Assembly (NCBI GenBank): GCA_050290185.1
Contig: JBNKHE010000001.1
Coordinates: 740,803 to 804,802 of the forward strand
Reading direction: 5' to 3'
Source of the DNA: Pontiella sp.
GTDB lineage: Bacteria > Verrucomicrobiota > Kiritimatiellia > Kiritimatiellales > Pontiellaceae
DNA length: 64,000 nucleotides
Shown here: piece by piece, positions 9,625-18,231 of the stretch
Numbering within the stretch: position 1 is the stretch's first letter
How the letters are laid out: each line of letters starts with the position of its first letter
Notes under the pieces: model-generated
Database searches by the model: none
The model's input: the letters and a program-made list of their open reading frames with translations, nothing else
What the model was told of the DNA's origin: nothing
Made by a program: the position numbers and the translations under genes

Positions 9625-10235
9625 GTATAGGAAGGGATGTGAATATTCGATGCTGAGAAGAAAGAACCGCCATTTTTGCGGAGATCAACAGACGAATTAT
9701 CAGGAAACCTCTGCCGACGGCCGGTATGGATGCACCATAACCACAACCGCGGGACGCTTGTCTCACTATTGCCTAATCCAATCTAAAAAATCCACCGTTT
9801 TGCAAATATGAGAACAAAGCAGCACAGCTATTTACTAGCTCTCATCGGTCAAATATTTACATCAAAAACGATTCAAACTTCGCCCTTATCAACACGATAA
9901 AGTGTTATTTATCTACCTTGATTAATAAGGACTTACATCGACAGACATACCCCTACCTGTACGAAAGTGGGCAGATATATAGGAGCGAAACTCAAGCGTC
10001 AAAAGGAAAAACCTGAATATTTTTTCAGCCTAAAACACCCCTGCCGAACCGGTATCTTTACATAGGTTCGTTTTCCCCATGTATAATGGGTTTTAGATGC
10101 CAGCGAGCATGTTAAACACCGATACTGAACTAATGATTACCATCGATTACGAGATCGTGAAATCAGGTATTGAGCGAGCTTCGGAAGCATCTTGGCCAAC
10201 CCCAAATTTTAGGACGGGTTCAGCCTGAAAGCCTA

Positions 10236-10763
10236 TCAGGATTCGGTAAGCTTTCGCAGGATTTGGTCGAGGTGGCGCTTTAGTTTAACAGGAGGTTTAT
10301 CCTGTAGAACATAGCGTCCGTCTGCATCCTCACGAACATAAGTGCGCCATCCGTTTGCTTCTCGCCAAGGCATAATCACATTGTCGATGGCGATTTCCGC
10401 CTCGTCAGGCTCCAACCCGAACTGCCCGCACGTCCACAAGCAACGTTCGCGGTTTGCATTCCCGCGCTGCACGGCCTCATAGGCAAAATACTCCGGTGAC
10501 TGCTCATCGATCGCGTTTTCAGAACTGAAATAAGGATTTCTGGGCGGAGGCAGTCCGGCCGCCTTCATGTTTTCGTGGGCATACTTGTAGAAACCGCGCA
10601 TCAGCTGGATCGCCCTGTCCAGTACCTCCTCGTACTGCACCAGACCCACCGGATCCACTCCAGCCCGCTCCGCGATTTCCGCATATCCACCAACGCCATC
10701 CACAATGGCCTTCATCACCCGGTCTGCCTGTAATATATCCATAAGGTCGCCGATACTATCCAT
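10236..10763 (-). CDS. Hypothetical protein (175 aa), possibly a 5'-truncated remnant
   Basis: Protein-like composition; no recognisable motif or SD; in-frame TGA four codons upstream of the ATG. Confidence 0.55.
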   Translation of the reverse strand: MDSIGDLMDILQADRVMKAIVDGVGGYAEIAERAGVDPVGLVQYEEVLDRAIQLMRGFYKYAHENMKAAGLPPPRNPYFSSENAIDEQSPEYFAYEAVQRGNANRERCLWTCGQFGLEPDEAEIAIDNVIMPWREANGWRTYVREDADGRYVLQDKPPVKLKRHLDQILRKLTES

Positions 10764-10797
10764 CCAGAAGCGTCATGCAACAAAAACAGCATATGGT

Positions 10798-13608
10798 TCA
10801 ATGGCAGATCGTCCGGAAACCGAGTGACCTCCAGGCATTGTCGGTGAATCCTTGCGAGGGAAGATCGATGTGGATGCCGCACTTCAGGTACGTTGCATTC
10901 TCATCGCCGAATCCCCCGCTCGCACGGCCACGCTGTTCATCGATACCGGGAGCATGGGTTGTGGTAATGTTGTCGCACCATTCCCATACGTTTCCGACGA
11001 TGTCGAACAGACCAAAGCTGTTCGCGGGGTAGCTTCCGCAAAGAGTCGTGCCCTCCTGCGCATAGTTCGCGTCGTTCGTTGTTATGGTATTGCCCCAGGG
11101 GTAGAGATAGCCTCCGAATCCTCCTCGCGCGGCGTATTCCCATTCCTCCTGGGTTGGCAGCCGGAAGCCGTTGGCCTCATAATCGGTTTCCACGTTCTCG
11201 ACCTGCCCCGTTTGGAACAAACTGCCCGACACATGGTAGCAAGGGGTTCGGCCTTCCATCTGGCTACGGGCATTGCACCACTTCACGCAGTCATACCAGT
11301 TGATCCATACCACCGGATGGTCCGCAGCCGCCCACGTACCATTGGTCGAGAAATCATATCCCTGACCGATCGCCCATTGATAGACGTTCGACCACATCGC
11401 ACCCGACACCTCGCATGCATCCATATGGAACGGCTGTTCCACGACCAGCGTGTAGTTGCTGTAAATCCCGTCGTTAACAGCTTTGGTGCCCGCCGGAATC
11501 AACACCGTGCCCACAGGCACGGGCGGAACCTCCGGCTTCAGTTCAACTTCAGTCTTGTAGAACAACTGCGACCAGGCAGTGTGCAGCAAATCGGTATAGC
11601 TATGCTGCGGATATTCAATATCCACTGCCAGCGGCTGGAAACCGTCCAGCAGGTTGGTGCTCCACCAGACTCCGTAGTAGCGCCCCGTTGCACATGGCCA
11701 CCATTCGATCGTGAAAGGCATCGAAACGGAGGAATTGGTAATCGCAAAGAACGATGCATCGTCCATCGGATCCGTATTGGCAATCTGTTCGTTCCGGTTG
11801 CTCTGGTGATCGTTGTCGTCATCGCGATCCGGATCGACGTTTCCCCCGAAATAATCCCGTTCCCAGTCGTCCGGAAGCCCGTCGTTGTCGCTATCACTCA
11901 ATCCAAGGATGCCTTGGTATTCAAGGCAACCCATATCCACGTAGTCCTCGACGACGCGCGGATTATCATCCAGATCCACTGCATTCGTCATGTAGTTGTT
12001 GTTGCCCCAGTTGATGCACGGAGAGTTTGACTGGAGTCGATAATTGCCGCTGAAAGCATCCACAAACAGGGGGATGTTGGTAATATTCCCGCTCACGCCA
12101 TGAATGGCATCTGGACAGCAGGAATTGTACATGTCTCCACTGAAGTTAGCGGGTGAATTTTCATCATTAATATTTCCTGTGATGATACAGTTATAAGCCG
12201 TCCCATTCATGGCTACGCCGTCATGCGATTCGGTATAATTATCAATGATTGTACAATTATATGCGAAAGAATTATCAAGCCCTCCGCTACCGTCGAATAA
12301 ACCACCCGTGTTGCCCGATACCAGACAATTGATCGCTGTCAATCCAACACCGCCACCACTTATTCCCCCGTGGTTATCTTGTATCCGGCAGTTGACAGCG
12401 AGTACGCCGCCTGCCCCTCCCGCATCATCATTCGCCCCATTCCCGCTTATTAAACAATCAAATGCGCTTCCTTCCCACATCCCTCCGACTCCACTGTCGG
12501 AAAAATTGCCAACAATCGAGCATCCGTATGCTATTGACAACGCCAAGCCGCCGCCCCCTCCATACAGATCCGTACGGTTATTGGTAATCACGCAATCAAC
12601 AGCCACGATGTCATATCCGCCACCGCCGCTCTGGCTCGCAAAATTGTCGGCAAGCAAACACCCGACTGCTGATCCTCCCAGCATTGCGCCACCATCCCAC
12701 CATGCATAGTTATCCACCACAATGCAGTTTGTCAGCGTGCTTTCATAGGCCCCGCCGCCGCCGGAATATTCACTCACATCCGCCCGCGTGCGATTATTTG
12801 TAAAGAGGCAGTCAATGGCTGATGCATATGCCATTCCGCCCCCATATTGAGCGAGGTTTCCGTTGAATGTACAGTTGCTGGCAGCGCCCTCATACATGCC
12901 CCCGCCTTCATCGGACGTCCTGTTACCCATGAACGTGCAGTCCATTGCGTTACCGTAGCCTATTCCTGCTCCATACTCGGAAAAATTGCTGATGATCGTG
13001 CAGCCGAACGCAGCCCCCTCGTAGAGTGCACCGCCGTAGGTATTTCCCTCATTATGGATGAAATCACAGGCATATGCGGTACCGCACATCATTCCACCGC
13101 CCCCCCATTCTCCTCCATAGTTACCTTGGAACAAACAGTTGTATGCCGTCCCACCATACAGTCCACCTCCACCCCCTCCGGCCATGTTCCCGATGATGTT
13201 GCAATTGGTAACGAATGAATCCCTATTATCGGTGTAGAGACCACCGCCATACGGAAAAGTATTTCCGTTACGAATCGTAAAACCACTGACCGCACATTCG
13301 TTGCTCCCGAGGTTGAGGCAACGCGTTGCATGGTTACCATCGATGATGGTTACATCCGGCCCGTTGATGCTCGCCAACAGGATATTCGCATCCACTGCGG
13401 TTTCGTTTGTGAGTATATAGGTGCCGTTGGTGACATAGACCATGTGACCATCGGCGCAGGCATCCACCGCCGACTGAATGTTGGTAGCCGCATCTTCCCA
13501 GCTGGCAAAGGGGTAAATATGGGCGCCTTCAGAAGATACGTAGTGCGTGGTAGCAAAAAGAGGCTCTGCGCACCACAGACAAATTACCATTGCAAGAGTC
13601 GCTTTCAT
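10798..13608 (-). CDS. Secreted protein: Gly-rich beta-helix repeats, Ca-binding/C-terminal-type module and FGE-sulfatase-like domain
   Basis: Signal peptide; about 22-aa GGG(M/A)Y.G.A..C.f.gN repeats; YRLQSNSPCINWG; DSDNDGLPDDWE; FRLPTQEEWEYAARGG, GNVWEWC, GFR. Confidence 0.85.
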   Translation of the reverse strand: MKATLAMVICLWCAEPLFATTHYVSSEGAHIYPFASWEDAATNIQSAVDACADGHMVYVTNGTYILTNETAVDANILLASINGPDVTIIDGNHATRCLNLGSNECAVSGFTIRNGNTFPYGGGLYTDNRDSFVTNCNIIGNMAGGGGGGLYGGTAYNCLFQGNYGGEWGGGGMMCGTAYACDFIHNEGNTYGGALYEGAAFGCTIISNFSEYGAGIGYGNAMDCTFMGNRTSDEGGGMYEGAASNCTFNGNLAQYGGGMAYASAIDCLFTNNRTRADVSEYSGGGGAYESTLTNCIVVDNYAWWDGGAMLGGSAVGCLLADNFASQSGGGGYDIVAVDCVITNNRTDLYGGGGGLALSIAYGCSIVGNFSDSGVGGMWEGSAFDCLISGNGANDDAGGAGGVLAVNCRIQDNHGGISGGGVGLTAINCLVSGNTGGLFDGSGGLDNSFAYNCTIIDNYTESHDGVAMNGTAYNCIITGNINDENSPANFSGDMYNSCCPDAIHGVSGNITNIPLFVDAFSGNYRLQSNSPCINWGNNNYMTNAVDLDDNPRVVEDYVDMGCLEYQGILGLSDSDNDGLPDDWERDYFGGNVDPDRDDDNDHQSNRNEQIANTDPMDDASFFAITNSSVSMPFTIEWWPCATGRYYGVWWSTNLLDGFQPLAVDIEYPQHSYTDLLHTAWSQLFYKTEVELKPEVPPVPVGTVLIPAGTKAVNDGIYSNYTLVVEQPFHMDACEVSGAMWSNVYQWAIGQGYDFSTNGTWAAADHPVVWINWYDCVKWCNARSQMEGRTPCYHVSGSLFQTGQVENVETDYEANGFRLPTQEEWEYAARGGFGGYLYPWGNTITTNDANYAQEGTTLCGSYPANSFGLFDIVGNVWEWCDNITTTHAPGIDEQRGRASGGFGDENATYLKCGIHIDLPSQGFTDNAWRSLGFRTICH

Positions 13609-13676
13609 CGTCCATCCCCCGCAATATGGCTTGCATCACTAAAATGCAATTATTCGATATATTCACACCCGCCTAT

Positions 13677-13692
13677 GGCAAGGCATGTGCCG
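13677..13692 (-). promoter_or_regulatory. Putative sigma54 promoter
   Basis: Minus strand CGGCACATGCCTTGCC (GG-N10-GC), 69 nt upstream of the 936-aa gene. Confidence 0.6.
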
Positions 13693-13988
13693 AACTGCAA
13701 CCCGCTTGCCCTCGTTAAGGCCAACAGGCTGTGGCGGATGGCAGCATGAATAATCCAAATCGTCCATGGACTTTCCATCGCCCATCCTCCCCTTCCCTTG
13801 CGAGGGAGAGAATACCGCCGGAACCAATGGATCCGCAACAAAATCAGACCGATCCCCCCTCTTTGTATTAGGTATAAGTTAGACAAATTCAAGGGGATGG
13901 CACGCATGCACCCCGGGGAAACAATTCTTTTTCGTTACAATATATTTTATTGTTTATAGACCAAGTTTCATTTATTTATTATGGCCGA

Positions 13989-15353
13989 ATGAGTTTATAT
14001 CTCCAACACATGGAATCCTGCTTCCCAAGGTCCGCACTCTATCGGCAGGCGGGGCAAGCTGGCGGAGTAATTCAAGAAGCCTCCTCATCCTTCCGACACT
14101 TTCCCTATCGAGAACGCCACCTGCAGTGCCTTTGGGCCGATCCGCGCCACAGACCAGCCGTTCTGATGACCACGGAAGGGGAAACGGTGGAGATAGAACA
14201 TCCGGGCGATTGGAACCTTGAAGCCGGGCCGGACTTCCTCAATGCCGTTCTGCGGATCGGAAAGGAAAAGCGGCGTGTTTGCGGCGATCTTGAAATCCAT
14301 ATCCACGCCAATGGCTGGAACCAGCATGGCCACGACGACGATCCTCGTTACGAAAACGTCCGCTTCCACATCGTCTACTTTCAGGGAATAGAGATACCCG
14401 GTCTGATCCAGATCCCTCTCCAGAAAACACTTTCCACCGACCCGCGCTTCTCGTTCGAAAACATCGACATTACTGTATACCCCTACTCCCTTCCCTCCGG
14501 CCATTTTCCTATGCGGGGAATTCATCCTGACCGAAAAATCAAATTCCTCGAATCCGCCGGAGAAGAACGCCTGCGCATCAAGGCCGAACGACTCGCCCTC
14601 GCCATGCAATCGAAGGAACCCGAACAGGTACTTTGGGAGGAACTGATGGCCGCACTCGGCTACAAGAACAACAAGACTCCTTTCCGGCAGCTCGCTGTTC
14701 GACTGCCTCTTGCACGGTTGCATTCACTGGCAAGAACAGCCAACGAAGCCTATTCCATTCTCCTCGGCCTCTCTGGACTGCTACCCGCCAATCCCGACCC
14801 CGCGTGGGACACCGAAACCCGGAAATTCATCAGGACGCTCTGGGATTGCTGGTGGAAGCAAACGGAGGAAGTGAAAGAGCTGGCCCTCAAGAAATCCAAC
14901 TGGACGCTCGCCGGCATCCGCCCCGCCAACCACCCCGTTCGCCGCCTCATGGCTGCCGCACACTATGCCTTTCGAATCCCGGAACTCGCCAACGAAGCAT
15001 CCATGCTGACCCACTTTCCCGACAACTTCTGGAACACGCACATCAGCTGGAAAAGCAAATGCGATCCGATCGCACTCGTCGGTCAATCCCGTGCCAATGC
15101 CATCATCACCAACATCCTCATCCCCTTCCGAGCCGCCATGGGATCGATGGACTTGGACCTGAAAAAACTACCCATCGAACCCAGCAACAGCATCATCCGC
15201 CAAACCGCCTTCACCCTCTTCGGCCCCGACCACACAGCCAAGGTCTATAAATCCGCCCTCGCCCGCCAAGGCCTCATCCAAATCTTCCATGACTATGTAA
15301 TTACGCATCGACTGAATGAGTTGCGTCAGCTAAGGAACAAGCATGACCGCTAG
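13989..15353 (+). CDS. DUF2851 family protein
   Basis: ERHLQCLW, PGDWNLEAGPDF, GDLEIH...W..HGH..DPRY..V.FHIV, RPANHP.RRL, QGLIQ. Confidence 0.85.
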   Translation: MSLYLQHMESCFPRSALYRQAGQAGGVIQEASSSFRHFPYRERHLQCLWADPRHRPAVLMTTEGETVEIEHPGDWNLEAGPDFLNAVLRIGKEKRRVCGDLEIHIHANGWNQHGHDDDPRYENVRFHIVYFQGIEIPGLIQIPLQKTLSTDPRFSFENIDITVYPYSLPSGHFPMRGIHPDRKIKFLESAGEERLRIKAERLALAMQSKEPEQVLWEELMAALGYKNNKTPFRQLAVRLPLARLHSLARTANEAYSILLGLSGLLPANPDPAWDTETRKFIRTLWDCWWKQTEEVKELALKKSNWTLAGIRPANHPVRRLMAAAHYAFRIPELANEASMLTHFPDNFWNTHISWKSKCDPIALVGQSRANAIITNILIPFRAAMGSMDLDLKKLPIEPSNSIIRQTAFTLFGPDHTAKVYKSALARQGLIQIFHDYVITHRLNELRQLRNKHDR

Positions 15354-16287
15354 TTCAGAATTAAGAATTCACCCGACAAACTCTCATTACAAAGCATGGC
15401 TTTCTCTCAAAGGAACGATTCTGTCCTACAAAGAAAGGACCCGGGACTCAGAAACCCTTGTCGATATACCCGTCGAACTTATAACAATTACTGAACGATA
15501 TCGTTTCATGGGCCAACGTTTAGTAATCGCAATGGCATCTCTTGTTCTTTCAATTGCGATGGGTGGGGCAATAGCGGGCATCCCTTATTATTCGATATTC
15601 TACGAAACGCCAAAGCATGAGGGCATATATGTCATTACCGGGCTTTGCATCATGTTTATTCCATTTCTAATCCTGATAGTCCGATTCTTCTTTAAGCAAA
15701 GAACTGCCATCTTATGGGTAAATCCAGATGGACCGGAGATTTCGTTTTGGATTCTGAAGAAGGACGAGCAAACCCTAAATGACCTGCTATCCGGCATCCG
15801 AATGCGACAAGCTCTAGTTGAAGACGAAGTTCCCTTTCCACTGTCATCAACGTCTGCATTTACCATTGAACGGCCATGGAAGAAGACAATCGCCCAAATG
15901 TGGTTGTTTGCTTTGCCAGCGATTTTCACCCAAAAACCTTGGTGGTTACTCCTAAGCCTGCTGCCCTTGGGTAAATTTCTGTGGGACATGCTGTATCTCA
16001 TGGAACAGCCATCACTTTATAGAAAAGCCTATCGCGCTGGCCTAAAACAAGATTGGGACTTGGCATTGGCCTATGCCAAACAACTTTGCTCAGACGATCC
16101 CGAATACGAATCGGGTCATGAACTTCTGTATCAGGTCCACATTCGCCGTTCGGAGATCAATGAGGCATCAGCTGTATTGGGAACCATCCGGGCTAATCTC
16201 GATCCAGATATAGCTCTCCAAATGGAAGAGCAACTTGTCTTACGCAAACGAATATCAGATCGGAAAAAAGCAGGAATTTTCGAATAA
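15343..16287 (+). CDS. Hypothetical membrane protein with a C-terminal TPR-like region
   Basis: 3-4 hydrophobic segments, then a helical YRKAY...ALAYAKQLCSDDPEY region; overlaps the upstream stop. Confidence 0.7.
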   Translation: MTASSELRIHPTNSHYKAWLSLKGTILSYKERTRDSETLVDIPVELITITERYRFMGQRLVIAMASLVLSIAMGGAIAGIPYYSIFYETPKHEGIYVITGLCIMFIPFLILIVRFFFKQRTAILWVNPDGPEISFWILKKDEQTLNDLLSGIRMRQALVEDEVPFPLSSTSAFTIERPWKKTIAQMWLFALPAIFTQKPWWLLLSLLPLGKFLWDMLYLMEQPSLYRKAYRAGLKQDWDLALAYAKQLCSDDPEYESGHELLYQVHIRRSEINEASAVLGTIRANLDPDIALQMEEQLVLRKRISDRKKAGIFE

Positions 16288-16339
16288 CGAAACGATCCTC
16301 TCCATTTAACTGCGGAAATGACCGTAATGGATTGGGGGA

Positions 16340-16368
16340 TTGCAAACACCTCTCACCAAACGTATCTA
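16340..16368 (+). promoter_or_regulatory. Putative sigma70 promoter
   Basis: TTGCAA-17 nt-TATCTA just upstream of ATG 16378. Confidence 0.45.
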
Positions 16369-16377
16369 ACATTCCAG

Positions 16378-16647
16378 ATGACTCGTTTCTTCCAACCCGT
16401 ACGTAACCTGACCCAGCCGGTCGGCAATGATCTTGCCGAACAAAAGAGGCACACGAAGACCCTTTCCATCTGGGAAGGGAGCCTTTGGGCCATCATGCTG
16501 CCGCAGTTTAGTGAAGTTCGCGAAACCGAACCTATTTCCACGGTTCGCATTCTCTGGCGCCTCGGCATCGGCCACCCCCTCTTCGGTCAAGTCGGCGCCT
16601 TCATGCCCCGCATTCGCGCCCTCATTGCGCCGAAGAATGGGAAATAG
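16378..16647 (+). pseudogene. Probable MFS transporter remnant with an in-frame deletion of the TM core
   Basis: N-part KTLSIWEGSLWAIM resembles an MFS TM1 entry; C-part LPQFSEVRETEPIST.RILWR resembles an MFS tail; only 89 aa. Confidence 0.45.
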
Positions 16648-16656
16648 CACATTGGC

Positions 16657-16709
16657 TGGAGGGCTACCGTCTGTCGCACCGAATGGACATCGAGGACGAT
16701 GTCCCTCCA
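16657..16709. repeat. REP-like palindromic element (GGAG family)
   Basis: TGGAGGG...CCCTCCA ends enclosing a GGACATCG-AGGA-CGATGTCC hairpin; related copy at 43219-43266. Confidence 0.65.
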
Positions 16710-16711
16710 TT

Positions 16712-17962
16712 TTATTCCACCGGTTGCAGCAGAAATACCTTGTCCTGGCGGCGGGCTTTGGCGGGGAGAGCAAAGGTGACCTTGTCGTTTTTGACGGCCT
16801 TGTCGGCGGGCAGGCCATCGACGCGCAGGGTTTCGGCAACGGTTTCGATCGCGCCGGTCGTCGGACCTTCGATCAGGATTTCACTACCGGGCAGCAGCTC
16901 CTGCTGCCAGAGCGTGAATTCAACGACGCCGATCTTGGCGAAATAGTTGGAGACGACGCCAAGCTGGATGCGCTTGCGCGTGGCCTGCGAATGACCGGAA
17001 GCCGCCCACTCGCCCATCTTGTTTCCGAGGTAATATCCGCCATCCCAGAAACCGCGATTGAAGACCGATGCCAATCCGGCTTCCATCGGATCGAAGTCCT
17101 CGGGGTTGTAGGTGTCGGCTTCGACGGCATCGAGAGCCTTGCGATAGGCCTTGGTGACGACATCGACATATTGCGCCGTACGGGCGCGGCCTTCGAGCTT
17201 GAAGACCGAGACTCCGGCTTCCGCCAGCCGGTCGAGATGCTGGATGGTGCAGAGATCCTTCGGCGACATGATGTAGCGGTTCTGCACCTCCAGTTCGTCG
17301 CCCGTCTCCACATCAATCAGCCGGTAGGCCCGACGGCAGTTCTGGAAACAGGCGCCGCGGTTGGCCGACTGGTTGTAGCAGCCGAGACTCATGTAGCACT
17401 TGCCGGAAATCGCCATGCACAGCGCACCGTGGGTGAAGAGTTCGATCTGGATCAATTCGCCCTTCGGCCCGCGGATATTTTCCTTCTGGATCGCATCGGC
17501 AATGGCCTTGACCTGATCGATCTCCAGCTCGCGCGCCAGCACCATTACGTCGGCGTATCTGGAGTAAAACCGCACAGCGCCGATGTTGGAGATATTCGCC
17601 TGAACGGAAATATGCACTTCGAGCCCGATCGAATGGGCATATTCGATCGCCGCGATGTCGGAGGCGATGACCGCGTCGACGTTCGCGGATTTGGCGGCGT
17701 CGCAGATCTCGGGAATCATTTCCAGTTCGTCGTCGCAGACAATCACATTCAGGGCCAGATACGACTTCACTCCGCACCAGCGGCAGATCCGTGCAATGCG
17801 TTTCAGGTCGCCCAAATGGAACGGGCTCGCCGCGCGCGAACGCATGTTCAGCTTATCGACCCCGAAATAAACCGAGTCCGCGCCCGCGCGAATCGCCGCC
17901 GACAACGACTCGTACGATCCCGCCGGCGCCATCAGTTCCAATCTAGATGATCTCTTTTTCAT
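16712..17962 (-). CDS. Peptidase U32 family protein (RNA-hydroxylation type, TrhP/RlhA-like)
   Basis: ELMAPAGS, GADSVYFG, HGALCMAISGKC, NRGACFQNCRR Fe-S cysteines, SPKDLC, FKLEGR; start ATG 17962. Confidence 0.9.
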   Translation of the reverse strand: MKKRSSRLELMAPAGSYESLSAAIRAGADSVYFGVDKLNMRSRAASPFHLGDLKRIARICRWCGVKSYLALNVIVCDDELEMIPEICDAAKSANVDAVIASDIAAIEYAHSIGLEVHISVQANISNIGAVRFYSRYADVMVLARELEIDQVKAIADAIQKENIRGPKGELIQIELFTHGALCMAISGKCYMSLGCYNQSANRGACFQNCRRAYRLIDVETGDELEVQNRYIMSPKDLCTIQHLDRLAEAGVSVFKLEGRARTAQYVDVVTKAYRKALDAVEADTYNPEDFDPMEAGLASVFNRGFWDGGYYLGNKMGEWAASGHSQATRKRIQLGVVSNYFAKIGVVEFTLWQQELLPGSEILIEGPTTGAIETVAETLRVDGLPADKAVKNDKVTFALPAKARRQDKVFLLQPVE

Positions 17963-17973
17963 GAAGGGCTGAA

Positions 17974-18002
17974 ACAATGGATAAAGCCTTTCTCGATTGC
18001 AA
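17974..18002 (-). promoter_or_regulatory. Putative sigma70 promoter of the U32 gene
   Basis: TTGCAA-17 nt-CATTGT on the minus strand. Confidence 0.45.
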
Positions 18003-18130
18003 TCCCCCAAAACCGCCAAAAAACTGACGGAAATCGTGAAATGAATTGAAAAGCCGGAATTCCATGGGTATTTTGGATGCTTCCCGCCGCTATGCCGGGA
18101 TGGGGCGTTGCCCCGGTTGATCTTTGAGGG

Positions 18131-18203
18131 GTTGCTGATTGTTAGGTATTGAGTCATGGCTGACTGAAAATCCCTATCAACCAACAACCAGGAACCAACA
18201 ACT
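18131..18203. repeat. Imperfect inverted heptamer-repeat element in the EF-G paralog leader
   Basis: gttgctg/attgtta/ggtattg ... caaccaa/caaccag/gaaccaa/caact. Confidence 0.55.
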
Positions 18204-18231
18204 GCGTGCTAGGCACGCGAAGGAGAGATAG

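Noticed and set aside
9630..10235. AT-rich intergenic region as an ncRNA or ops/JUMPstart element
   Set aside because: No GGCGGTAG ops match or convincing structure found; probably an upstream regulatory region.
10798..11000. FGE/CLec C-terminus as the target of a diversity-generating retroelement
   Set aside because: No reverse transcriptase and no template-repeat copy seen in the window; a remote DGR cannot be excluded.
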